64,000 nt of DNA, from the NCBI GenBank assembly GCA_964057225.1, contig OZ059896.1:8866001-8930000 (forward strand), written 5' to 3'. The notes below the pieces were generated by a model that was given only the letters and a program-made list of their open reading frames with translations, was not told the DNA's origin and ran no database searches. This document shows, in pieces, positions 13,585-28,236 of the stretch. The position numbers were made by a program, and so were the translations under genes. The stretch's first letter is position 1. The number at the start of each line of letters is the position of its first letter. The DNA comes from Auanema rhodensis. Its lineage: Eukaryota; Animalia; Nematoda.

Positions 13585-14398
13585 TTTCCCTCACTGTTTC
13601 CATAGCTCAGAGCTAAAATATCGATTTATTTGAATGCTAATTTTTTCGTTAAAACGTGGTCACTAGGTGAAGCCAAGTCTAAGCCTAGCTAGTTTGTATG
13701 AATGGATTTGTTGCTGTTCCTTTTAAGGGCTAACGGGATAATGCGTATAATTTAAATGTTTTAGTTTAGCCTTAGATCTTGTCATTTTTGTTCGTTCTAT
13801 TATCCCTTTTACAACTCAGATATTATTGTAGAGTATGCTATTAATTATCAATCTTGTCAACGTTTTGATTTTGATATGGGGTGTGAACAATGCATTCAGT
13901 CCACAAAAACTGCTGAGAATTCCATTATAGAGATATCTGAGAGATAGGGTATCAAAGGTTGAAAAAATGACACTGATAGAAAGAGAAACATATTGGAACA
14001 TTGTCCTGCTCTTAATTTGTGTTTTTTCCTTTTTTTGCGGTAGACTCTACTGTTCGTTGTTCCCTGCACTCTTTGGGAGCATGTTTATCTCGCAACGAAA
14101 CGTGTGACTAGTGTTAAAGACGTTTAACCCTTTTTGCTATGCCATAGTAATAAGAATCATTCGAATCTTTAAATACTTTCACTATTTCTCATTTCGAGTA
14201 GGTTAGACTTTGGCCAGAATAATAGCCGAGAGGTGGCCTGATGTGATATCAGTAGAACTGTATTCTTTTCCGCGCGGCCTTGGTTGCCCGCAGCTTATCA
14301 CTTTTCGCTAACGTTGTCTAGTAACTCCTTTTGTATTTTTTTAAATCTCTTAACTCATTAAAGTATTTTAGGATTGTTTCAAACAATTTCTAGTCGAT

Positions 14399-17300
14399 AT
14401 GTTAAAGGACACAGCCTCTTGGGTGCAATCACAGGGGAGGTTAGTTAGAAGTAGTTGCCCGCGTTTGGTATTCTCCTAGTGTAGTACTGCTCAACAGCGT
14501 TCATTTTTTTCGAAATTAAAACATTAGGATTTTATTGAAGTTATTAATGTAAACAGATCATCATGGATTTTTATTAAGGGAACAGCATACAAACAAGGGT
14601 GTTTACTCATTTTAATGTTTTTCATTCTAAAATCCTTTCAACAAACTAAAATTGGTGATATGCTCTACCAGATTCAAACGTCTGGGCAAGGCAAAAGACT
14701 ATTTCAAATTTTATTCACTTATTTCTTTTGCTGAACGTATAATAATCACTTGGGGATCTCCTTTAAGAGGGGCCAGTTTTTTTTCTAGTTTCTGTATATC
14801 GCAATTTTCTTGTTTCTTTCAGAGCTGTAGCAGATTTTGTGGACAACGCTGTTCAAAATCCTAAAAGTCTTAGCTACTTGTCTGTAGGAGCTACCGCAGT
14901 CGCAGCAATGGGTCTTGGTTATTATTTAACAAGAGAAACTGGGAACAAGCTTACTCCCCTCGTAGATCCTAATAATCAAAGCGATATTAGACCAGTAAAA
15001 CATATATATATTCTACCGCATGTATTTATGTATTACAGGATGGATCCAGAGTTTGTGCTTATTTGAAGGGAAAGGAGCTTGTTCCTTATATGTTCGATGA
15101 TGCTCGCACTCTTTACCAAGGTGTGAGAAGAGGAGCTCGTCTTTCTAATAATGGGCCTATGCTTGGACATCGCATTCAACAAGCTGATGGTTCTATGCCA
15201 TATGTCTGGATCTCATATAACGACGTTAGTTTTTAGCTATTTATTTTATCTAAAACTTGATGTATTTATTCATTTACAGATTCTTGAACGCGCTAACAAC
15301 GTCTCTGTTGCATTCCGTGAACTAGGAATCGCTGCTGGAAATGAAGTTAATATTGGAGTTTATTCTAAAAATAGACCTGAGGTAAATTATTTATTTTGTC
15401 ATACGATTATATCAGAGATACTGAGGTTCATTAGGGTTAGCTAAGATAAGAATACTTCTTGACCTGAATTGTGACCTTTGAACATCCCTTATAACTTCGA
15501 AGCATTTATTATCTTTTTTAAGTGGATCATTACTGAGCTGGCTACTTACAACTTTTCTAATGTTATTGTTCCAATTTATGAAACTCTTGGTTCTGAGGCA
15601 TGTGTTTTCATTCTGAATCAAGCCGAAATTCCAATTGTAATCTGCGACGACGCTAAAAAGGCCGCTGGTATTTTTGTTTTGTTTTAAGACATATCTACAT
15701 ATACTTTATTTCAGGTCTCTTGAAGCAAAAGCCAAATTGTCCAAACCTTAAGACTCTTGTTATCATGCAAGTTCCTTCTCAAGATTTGCTGAACGAAGCC
15801 TCATCTGTTGGAGTTCGTTTGATTACCTTTGACGAGCTTGAGGAGATAGGAAGAAAGGCCAACTCAAAGCCAGAACATTTACCTCCAAAGGTATATAGTT
15901 TTAATACATGAATAACATTATTCTTGTGTTTTAAGCCAGAAGACTTGGCTACTATCTGTTATACTTCTGGAACAACTGGAACTCCTAAAGGAGTTATGCT
16001 CACTCATGCCAATGTTATCGCTGATGGTGTTTGTATGGATTTCTTCAAACATTCCGGAATCACACCCTCTGATTCTATGATCAGTTTTCTTCCATTGGCC
16101 CATATGCTCGAGCGTGTTATCGAAAGTGTTTGTTTCATGGTCGGAGCTAAAGTGGGATTCTACCGGTTAGTTTTTTTGCCCTTTGCATAATTATCTTATA
16201 CGTTATAGTGGTGATATTCGTCTTCTTGTTGATGATATTAAGGAACTGAAGCCTACCGTTGTTCCTGTTGTTCCTCGTGTACTGAACAGAATGTATGATA
16301 AGGTAGATATTCTTTCATTGTTTTTCTTTTTATATCCTGTTTAAGGTCATGTCCGAAGTTAATAAGTCTAAAGTAAAGAAGGCTTTGTTCGAGTTAGCTT
16401 TAATGTATAAATCTCGTGAAATGAGCAAGTAAGTATATTTAAAGAAGCTGCCTGATAAACTAAAATTTTTTTTAAAGATTTGTTGTTCGTAATGACGGAT
16501 TCGTAGATGTTTTATTCAAGAGTATCAGAGAAGGTCTTGGTGGAAGAGTGAAGCTTATGATCACGGGATCTGCTCCCTTGGCTGAAAATGTTCTTTCTCT
16601 CATCAGAGCTGCTATGGGATGCATTGTCGTTGAAGGCTATGGACAAACTGAATGTGTTGCAGCATGCACTGTATGTTTGACTGTTGGTTGATCTTTAAAA
16701 AAATCCTATTTTCAGGTTTCCATGGAAGGAGATTCTAAGGCTGGTCACGTTGGAATGGTTATTCCATCCGCTAATATCAAACTAGTTGATGTTCCAGAAT
16801 TAGGATATTTTGCTAAAGATCAAGCTGGAGAGGTACTATTATAAGTTACACTGATAATTTTTCACTGATGTATTCGATAGGTTTGTGTCAAAGGACCAAT
16901 CGTATTCCGTGGATACTACAAAAATCCTGAGCTCACTGCTGAAGTTCTTGATGAGGATGGTTGGCTTCACACTGGGGACATTGGACGCTGGACCAAGGAA
17001 GGCACACTGAAGATTGTTGACAGAAAGAAGCATATCTTCAAATTATCTCAAGTATTTATCAATTTTATGTTTAAGCAGATTATTTCAAAATTGTTCAGGG
17101 CGAATACGTTGCTCCAGAAAAAATTGAGAATATCTACAGCCGTTCGAAATTTATTGCTCAGTCCTTTGTTTATGGAGAATCACTAAAAACTTGTCTGATC
17201 GCCATTGTAGTTCCTGATGAAGAAGTAAGTTGTAAATTTAGATCTCATATATAAGATTCAATGAATAGGTTCTTGTATCACACTGTGAGAAGACATTTGG

Positions 17301-17547
17301 AGAGAAACTGCCAATGGAAGACCTTTGCAAACGTGAGGATGTTAAGAAAATGATTCTGGATGATTTACTAGACGTTGGAAAGAAGGCTGGACTATTCTCT
17401 TTCGAACAAGTCAAGGATATTCATGTCTCGTCTGAACTTTTCAGTATTGAAAATGATCTTCTTACCCCAACTCTCAAGTCCAAGAGACCCAAGTTAAAGC
17501 AATATTTCGCTCAAGAATTAGCAGCAATGTACGCTAATCAAATCTAA
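14399..17547 (+). CDS. Long-chain fatty acyl-CoA synthetase (ACSL1/5/6 family; acs-13/acs-5-like)
   Basis: Multi-exon model. N-terminal membrane anchor ([16 protein letters not shown]); AMP-binding [13 protein letters not shown]; gate motif [11 protein letters not shown] (Phe type); EGYGQTE; GWLHTGDIG; [23 protein letters not shown]; terminal [10 protein letters not shown]. Confidence 0.95.
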
Positions 17548-18408
17548 GATTTTACGTGGTTCTGTATTCACATCGTTTTGCGGGTACCATCTTCATTCTA
17601 CGTAGGTGCTCTCAGGCAAATGCATTTAGTTTTACATCATTTTTTACATTTTTATCACTTTCAAGCCGTTTATAATAACTAATATAGAATACTTGTTAGG
17701 CAGAGTTTTATCCTTTGTTACATGCGCTGTGATCATTTTTCTTGCTCTTCGAAATTATAATTTTTTTTTATTCGTTTTAATAATCACCGTTGTTCATTCA
17801 TCAGTAAGAACAATAAAAAATTGTCAATTCTATGTTATGTAGTTTTGCATTATTTTTAAATGCCGAAGTTCATTTTCAAAATAGATTAATTGATTATAGG
17901 TTATGGTTCTAATCAAAAGCCATGATAAGACATTATCACTTATTGAACAAGCACACATTCACACTTGCTAATTCTTAGACATACGAATATTTCGAATATT
18001 CAAAGCGCGATTTTTAAAGATATGACTAGTGATATTACTTTTCCTAAATTAGTTATAACAATATGTAGCCTTCATATGTCTTCTGTAATTTTGACAATGA
18101 ATTCATTTTTTTACGGTGAGTTTGGTGTTCTATTTCTCTAAATTCAATATTGATTAAGACTGGATTAAAAATGAGAAGAATCTTAGCAAAAATATTTCTA
18201 TTTGCTGCGATTTGGTTAGTTATTGAAGTCACAACAAATGTAATTATAATTCAAAATAGACCCAGTTAACCTACAAAAATAGAACATTATTGGCTTTAAT
18301 CATACTAATTTTCCTGCAGCTTGTCATGTTCTCAATATCTCTCTATGCTACGTAAGGATTTTTTGTAGCAAACTCACATGTTAATCAAATAAAAATTTGT
18401 AGATTAAG

Positions 18409-19074
18409 ATGTCATCCAATTACAGCAAAAGATTTACTACGCAAACAGTTTGGAACTGCTTGCTGGACGGCTCTTTTTTTATCTATTTTGAAAATTAATG
18501 TAGTACGTTACGTTTATAAAATTAAGCTAAATTCTTTTTTTTTCAAATATTCAAGCTGGGAGAACCATTTCAGCACTTGTTTATAATATTGTTATCCGAA
18601 GGGCTCTTTATATTCCGAAATTTCAACGTTCCGTAAATACAAATTTGATAGAAATTATAGCCATAGCCGTTTTCCAGAATATCTTTCAAATCATACAACG
18701 GAACATTATCAGAACTAACATATAAACATTTGAACTTGACAAGAAAGATAACAAAATATAGTCTAGTGTTCCAATTCCTTATTCTTCTTTATTTTCCATT
18801 TGCATTTGTACAGAATGAGCAAGGAAGTTCCTCGAAAGGTTAGATTCAAGTCAAATAATGCTTAAGTAAACCATATTTTTAGGATTTTCTGTAAGTGCAT
18901 TCATATTACACTTTGTTCACTTGATCGTTTCGGGATTACGATAAAAGAAGTTTTCAGATTGGAAATGGGTATTATTATTTGGTTGCTTCCGCTGTTTGCG
19001 CTTTTTGTACGATACAGATAGGAAAGAAAGTTGATGGGAAAATAGAGGAAAAAAGGAAAGACAGAAAATCATAA
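18409..19074 (+). CDS. Small uncharacterised protein with a C-terminal transmembrane helix and basic tail; 5' exons uncertain
   Basis: The last three exons join in frame: NEQGSSSK, G-FS (8-nt exon 18883-18890), and IGNGYYYLVASAVCAFCTIQIGKKVDGKIEEKRKDRKS* (18958-19074, TTTTCAG acceptor). ATG at 18409 is tentative. Confidence 0.4.
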
Positions 19075-19839
19075 ATAGCGAATTCACAACAGACAACAAA
19101 TAGTTTTTTTTAGACATGAACGCGTATTGTAGCAAAATTTGTCATACTTACACGTTATTTTTTGTTAAAAGTTATAAATATCACATTTTGTAGAAAATAG
19201 CACATGCAAACTGTAATAAAATATTATAGAATGGGATAAAAAATCATTATGAAGAAAGTTTTTAACTTTCAAAATACCAAAGATGACAGACACGACTAAT
19301 TAACCAAAAGTTCGTACATAAAGAGAAAATAAATTATTTTTATTTAATAGCATGATTATTATTCTGAATTTTTTGGATTCTACATCATAATTCATATAAG
19401 TATTGCATGAATGGAAGATGCAGATAATGACAAAACAAACGTAAAATATATTCTTCTTCGCAATAAAGCCTGTTTTTACAAACCAACCGCAATTCTAAAC
19501 ATTTCCTATTTGATTGATTGCCGTATTGGTACATTGCCGGACAATGTCGAGATCATATGAAACGTAGAAAAATATACGTAGAGCGCCGTGTACGTAATTT
19601 GGAAAATTTTGTTTTTTTCAATATTAGTAATATGTTATTATTATTATTCTAGTCTTTTAAGTATGGGTTTTTCGGTTATAATCATATAATATACATTCTC
19701 TGAGAGGTATATAGTATTATATTGCCAGTTAAATCTAAAATTTCAAAAAGTTTTATGTTGTGATGCAAAAATAATATTAAAGTTCTCATTTGTCGTATCA
19801 AAACTTTTCAAAGTAAATGCCTCATTAACTCATTTAGTT

Positions 19840-21729
19840 ATGTCAGCAGTCAACCTCAATAACCCTCTTGATGATGTTCCTCCTGATCCACATGCTCAAG
19901 AAGATGAGCTTACAGAAGAGGTTTGTAATTTCACCGGTACTTGTAACTATTTGACATTTTGTAGGACTTATATCAGATGAAAAATTTTGATCAGGGTACC
20001 CCAGTTGGTTAGTTTTGTGTACCTTCTTATTTATGAAAGGCTATTTCAAGATACATATTAGTTACTATGGCAACAATCTCTATTCACCATATTCTCTTGA
20101 TAATTGTTCATTACGTTATTGATTTTAAATATACTCCATACCTACTTCTTAGGTTATATTTACAGAAACTGCTGAACAGTCTATAATCTCCATCGCTGAT
20201 TCTGCAAGTAACTTCGAAGAGCATTTAGGAGACGAATTTGATGACGTAGAAAATATTGTTGAAGTAGAAGATGAACAGGAAGAAGAAGAAAATGTAAGTT
20301 TTCTTAAAATTTCAATTAAGAAGAGTGAATTTCTAGGAAACTGTGGTTTTGGGAAATTATGTCTTTGGTAAAAATCGTCAACATAGTGATAATCTGAATA
20401 CGAGTACAGGTCTGATTTCTTATTGTATGTTGAGGACAAATGTTATAATATTACAGTAACTGTTCTGAGTTACCCACACGATATACTATATCCCGAATGC
20501 CCCAATGATGAAGACCCCGCCGAATGGGAGAAAATTTTCAACGATGCTCGTGTATACCTGATCGGTACAGCACATTTCAGGTTAGTTTATAGTTGTTAAA
20601 AAAGTAATTTTTATTTTTTAGTAAAGAATCACAGGAAGATGTTGTCAGAACAATTCAAAGAACCCAGCCAGATATTGTAATGGTTGAGCTTTGCCCAGGA
20701 AGAGTTTCTATTTTGTCAATGGATGAAGCTACACTGTTAAGAGAAGCTAGCCAACTTAACTTTGAAAAAATCATGACTACCGTGAAAGAAGTGAGTTATA
20801 TCAACTCAGCCAAATTTAGATTTTTTTGCAGAGTGGAGCTTTTCAAGGAATTTTGCATGTTCTGCTTCTATCCATGTCAGCTCATATAACAAGACAGTTG
20901 TCTATGGCTCCCGGAGGTGAATTCAGAGCTGCACACCGAGCTACCCAAAAAATTAATGTAATTTTGTTATTAAGGTTTTGAAATTCTTTCATTATTCTTC
21001 GAAATTTCAGCTGTGCCGTCTAGTATTGGGAGATCGCCCAATTCAGATTACTCTTCAACGCGCTCTAGGATCGTTAACATTTTGGCAGAGATTGAAGTTT
21101 TTCTGGCATGTAGTCCGTTCTCATCGCACTGAAATTACAGCAGAAGAAGTGAGACTTTTTTTAATCTCAAACATAATATTAATGATTTGAGGTTGAAAAA
21201 TGTAAGAAACGAGACCTTTTGGAAGAGCTCTTGGCTGAGATGGCAGGCGATTTTCCCAGTTTAACCAAGGCACGGTGTTTAAAATGAATCATTTTTAAAA
21301 AAGTTATTTTAAGATTTTGGTGAACGAACGTGACGATTACATGAAGCTTGTTCTTCATAGAATGGTTATCAGTCATACAATCGAAAAGCGTGCTGCTTGG
21401 AAAAAGTTGCAACATGTTCCTTGGCAGCCTGTTAATGTAACTGTTCTTGCAAAGTCTTGAATAGTGTTTTTAATTTAAAGATTGTGGCGGTGGTTGGTAT
21501 TGGCCATACACTTGGAATTACTAGTCGTTGGAATACTTTAACTGATGGTGAGCATCTAATGGAGATTCCACCACCATCTGTAGCTGGAAAGGTATCGTAG
21601 ATATAATAATTAAATATAAAAAAAGTTTTTTTATAGGTGATAAAGATAAGCTTGAAATACGCTTTCTATGGGGCCATGAGTTATATGTTATATCGAGGAG
21701 TTACTAGAGTTGTCAGAAGATTTGCCTAA
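19840..21729 (+). CDS. TRABD: TraB domain-containing protein
   Basis: Acidic N-terminus, then VYLIGTAHFSKESQEDV...QPDIVMVELCPGR, APGGEFRAA, LGDRPIQITLQRALGSL, ILVNERDDYM, IVAVVGIGHTLGI and a C-terminal hydrophobic tail anchor. Confidence 0.92.
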
Positions 21730-21998
21730 TATGCTTCATAATCAAAAGATTCTAAATGATTTCTTTTGATTATTCTGTTCCATATTTTCGGTTTTGTTTA
21801 GTGTGCCTTTTTCGCATAATTTATTTTCACGTTTGTATGTTATAAGTAATAAGTAGAAAGAGGTACACTCTTCCATTGTTTTCATGCAAGTAAACTCGTT
21901 CATTTATTTTTTTTTCGATTATTTTGGTATTCTCCCAATTTATATTAAGAAACATTTTTCTTTTTTTTTCATCTTAATAAGGAAGTTCAGAAATCATA

Positions 21999-24335
21999 AT
22001 GACGGTGCAAGATATTTGGGATATTGACTGTAATTCTATGTTCACTGTAAGTGCAACTGATTTTTTTAAAGCTTTATCTATATTTTAGAGTTTCAAAAAC
22101 TTTTTCCTGTTTCATAAAACTGAAGATGGACCTTATGGAGGACTTGTTTTTGGACGATCCTCAACTAAACAAATTGTTCAAGTATAACAAATTGGTTTTC
22201 AAAAAAAAATCTGATAATATTGTAGACAATATTTGTAAATTCTGAATCAATGAACGCTGCCACAATTGAATTTATCACTAGCTCATTATCAGCAGGTGCA
22301 TTATATTCTATTTGTTAATTTATAAGTATAGTAGTTTAGATTTGGAGCATGTAGGCAATTTAGTAATAGAAGGTCATAATCTGCCTATTGTGGGAAATGG
22401 AATGGTTCTTAATGCTACTCAAGAAACATTAGAACGTTGTAGTGCTAACGATTTCTTGGATAGAAATCCTATGCTTAATGCCACCCGTTTCAATAATGAC
22501 GGTCTATCTGTTTGGGCAAATGTTAGTAGATTTGGCTTAAATTGAACAAACCTTTTTTTTATAGATTGGCTATGAATGTAATATAAGAAAAGGCAAAGAA
22601 AATGAAGATTTGAAGGTCAATGCTGAACGGTTCATGTCTGATTTAGATAGAATTGTTTTTATTAATCAGGTTTGTAATAGAGCCAATTATTAATTTCAAT
22701 TTTATATTTAAGTCGAAAGGTATTATTTTAAAAAATGTGAATGAGAAAGAAAATGTTCAGCGTGTTGTCGGTGATCTTGCGAAAGGCTCCACCCAGTATA
22801 AGGTTTTTTAGTGTTATTTCTTGTGCTGATATTTTGATATAGGATTCCTTGGGCTTTAGTACACTACAAAACTTAACTCGAAATACTAGTAATGATAAAG
22901 AGGATCAGAAAATGGTTCCTATTGTACGAATTACCAAAGGTGTTTCTTTAAATTATTCAACTATAAGCATGAATATGTCTAGACAATACGGAATATAGTA
23001 AGATGACATCAGTTCTTACTGTTGTGGTACCAGCATTCCATGACGATGACACTATTACATTATACCGACGATTCCAGGTTCAGTTTGCATACAATAACTT
23101 AACTTCGTTTTTTATAATTCAGGAGGGTCTTCGACGAAGAATTCAAAACCTCGTTTACACCATGATAAACGGATTCAAGAAACATGTAATAAAATTTAAA
23201 AAAAAAACTTATTTTCAAACTTATTTTAGAAAAATAACCAATCTACTACTTTATCCACAGTATTTTTCACGCCTGGATGGACAACACTGCTTCATTTACA
23301 GATGCCACAGTGGTCTGAAGATGAACAGAGTTAGTCAATAGTTATATTATTTGTTTATTTATTTGTTACCTCAGGAACGTATCGTATCAAACTTCACAAA
23401 CTTTTCAATCTACCAAGTGCAGTTCCATGTCTTCGACTGGCTCAGCAAATCCCATTTGGTGGGGCTGCCTCTACTAAATTATTGCGATCCCCCCATCTGT
23501 CTATAGTGAACTGTAAGATTTAATATAGTTCTTAGTTATTTCTATTATTTACAGATAAACCATATGGAAAGGTTTCTCTTGTTTCTGGTCCATACAATTA
23601 TCATCATTACATGCAAGATAACTTCGATGACTCCGGTTAGTACTTCCTGCTTGTTTTAATTTTTAAAAATTGTTTGATATTAGGTTGGGGTTGTGCATAT
23701 CGCAGTCTTCAATCTATTTGGAGTTGGTTTGCTCTAAACGGGTACACAGACAAACTTGTGCCTAACCACAGAGAAATTCAGCAGGTTCGAAACTCCCACA
23801 CTTTTTTCTTGATTATAAAGTTTATTTAGTGCCTTGTGAATATAGGTGATAAGGAGGAAAAATTTGTTGGTAGTCGGCAATGGATTGGAAGTACAGAAAT
23901 AGGATTTGTGTTGGACACTTTATTAGGCATTTCAATAAGGTTTAATCAATGATAACTTTTCCTTTTTTAGGAGTTGAGTCTAAGTTCATTATAACTAATT
24001 CTGGTGCAGAAGTAGCAGAAAGAGTTCGCGAACTTTCTTTCCATTTTGATACGGCTGGTACCCCAGTGATGATTGGTACAAATGCACTTTTTTATTGTGG
24101 AATTTGTTTATTTTTTTGAGGTGGTGGTCAACTCGCCCACACAATACTGGGAGTTGATTTTGACGAAAACACTGGTGATTGCCGTTTCTTAGTTTTGGAT
24201 CCTCATTTTACTGGTTCTGAGGACATCAGGACAATTTTAAACAAGGGTTGGTGTGGATGGAAACCTGCTTCTTTTTGGAAGCCCGAATCATTCTATAATA
24301 TGGTTCTTCCTCAGCCTCCAGCTAATGCGATTTGA
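21999..24335 (+). CDS. odr-8: UFM1-specific protease 2 (peptidase C78; ODR-8)
   Basis: C-terminal domain [22 protein letters not shown] (catalytic Cys), [38 protein letters not shown] (Asp/His) and KGWCGWK. Long N-terminal domain as in UFSP2. Confidence 0.95.
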
Positions 24336-24740
24336 AAATTCTTTTTTCTTACTTATATAACATGCGTTTTGGTCTTTTGGAATCCTTTTTAATTTATTCG
24401 TAACTGTGATTTTCAATGTATAAATATTGTGGTGATAATACCTGGTCTAACCGATTTTAATTTATAAAGTTTTATGTTTTATATCTACTTGGTACTTTAA
24501 AGCTTAAAACCAACATTTCAATGCTTGACTCACACTTCATTATAGTTCATCGACAGCTGTTTGTTTTTACTAAAAATGGAATTAAAAAAATGAAAGTACA
24601 CAAATTATTCAACGTATGTAGCTGTTGTACTATTGATATGATAACGGTCAGGGGAATACAGACCATGCTATATAATACAGTGGCTGTCTTCAGCATTACG
24701 CTCCACCTGTTCTATCAGCTTTTCCTGCAGAATTATTACT

Positions 24741-26237
<1,497 letters not shown>

Positions 26238-26440
26238 GGGTCTTTTTACAAATAGTATGAATATAAAAATGATATATGATGGATTAATCTTATCACGTTT
26301 CTAGACAAAATTCTCAAATTATTTCAATTTTTTGTAAATTGACAAATATATTAACAATTATTTCTAGCTTTGAAAGATTTTGAAACTCGTACGCAAAAGC
26401 CGCTCGAGATATTTTATCAGTATATTCAAATTTATTAAAT

Positions 26441-27761
26441 ATGTTTCAAAGAGTACCGGGTTACTGTTTTTGATTTATTTGTTTGTTTACCTCAATGATC
26501 ATATATCGTCTATGTTTTGATAATAAATGTTACTGATACTGTTGCTTTAGCAATAATCCTTCTACAACGTGTCTTATCTAATGCAAAAGTGGGATTGCTT
26601 TGACTTCAGCAAAGTAAATCAAATTGAAAATGACTGTACTGATATTGTAGAAGTTGAGAAGGGTTCAGAATGGAAATTGCGGAGTATTAGAATGAAAAGG
26701 AAATTTTATTTTTTTTAATGTTTAGAATTGCACGAGTCCCAACCTGAGTTTTGTTGGAAGTATCCAGAAGCATATATCATTACTGAAAATCAGCTCAATG
26801 TTACTCAGACTATTATATGCGTTTCATTTTAAATTCTATTCAGAGGTTTAGGAACAACCCTGATGCTCCTGTATTCTTCTATGGGTTAGTTGTACACTGC
26901 GCATCTCCGCTTCAGATATCCATTCAAGTATCAATGAATTTTGAATGAAACTTTAATTTTTATTTTCAGCCTAAGTATCTTAAGAAAGCTAGCGAAAAAA
27001 TTGAATTCTGTTTACAAGAAATAGCTGACCAATCAGGTTTTCAAGATTTGGAATCTAATCAGGTGTTTTTTAAAATGTTCTTATGATTACTAAAGATGTT
27101 CAAGTTTTTGGCGAATGCTCCATGTGTATGTCGAATACGAGATAAATGGTTTCGTGGTAAAATACTTCGAGATCTATCTACGTTGTAAGAGACTGATAAT
27201 TAATTGTTTTGGACATTATTTATGCTTTAGTGCTGAAGTGGAGCTGATAGATGAACGAACATCAACTGTTTTTCCTAAAGAAAAAATTAAAAAGCTACCA
27301 ATCTCTTTCGCGAGAATACCACCTCTAGCGCTTAAATGTTGTTTAGCAGGTTTAATTTCTTTTGTTATTTTGTTCTATATAAATTTTTAGGTACTAGCAC
27401 ATCTATATTAAGCACTAAAAAAATTCTAAAGTTTGAAAAAGAGTTAACTGACTGCAACAATGAAGTTCTTGTGCAACTGTGTTCAGAAGTCGAGCCATAT
27501 CAGGTTTATTATGAATTGTTTAAAACATTCCCATTTAATTCAACTAATTTGATAGATTAAAATTTTCCACCCTACAGAAGAAAACAAGAACTTAGCTGTG
27601 TCATTTCTTCCAAGACAAAAGGATAAACAGCGAAAACAGCCTAATGTTTGTATTGATTTAATGTACTGTATATGATTTTAACCATAATTAAGAAACAGTA
27701 CGAACACTCGGACTCTGAATACGATGATGAAGAAGAAGAACTTGAAACTTCAGAGATCTAG
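26441..27761 (+). CDS. Extended Tudor-domain protein; 5' end unresolved
   Basis: VVHCASPLQISIQ, APCVCRIRDKWFRGKI and AEVELIDE...IKKLPISFARIPPLALKCCLAG match the extended Tudor (Tudor-SN-like) pattern. Acidic tail DDEEEELETSEI*. Confidence 0.75.
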
Positions 27762-28236
27762 TTGTTTGTTTTACGGGAATTATCTTATTTACATCATAAA
27801 AATTTGGTTCATCATGTTTTAATATAACTTCTCTTCAATGAAGGTTATGAATTCTAATTCAATTGTTATAAGAAACAAACGTTAAAACAATTTTTCAATA
27901 TTCAATAAGAATATTCATAAATACAGTTATCTAAGAAGCATTTGCAAAAAATTTGGTGTACCATATGCGAGAATGCAATATCTTTGTTCTGATATAGTAA
28001 TTTAGAGACCCTTAGCTGAATAGAGGTTAGTTAACTTATTTCGTAAGTTTAGAACTAAGCGAGATTTCAAATGATTATAGCGATTGCTGATTTTTCAAAA
28101 TTACGTTCTCCTTCCTTGATAAAATTTACGTATAGTATTTCGAATTCAGAATGTTGAGAAAATAGGTGATAAGACAATAATAACAATTAAATATATTACA
28201 ATATGATACGTTCTTCATTCCCTATTAACTATATTA

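Noticed and set aside
23784-23797. GGTTCGAAAC resembling a tRNA B box / T-loop
   Set aside because: It is the donor end of a short odr-8 intron; no A box or cloverleaf.
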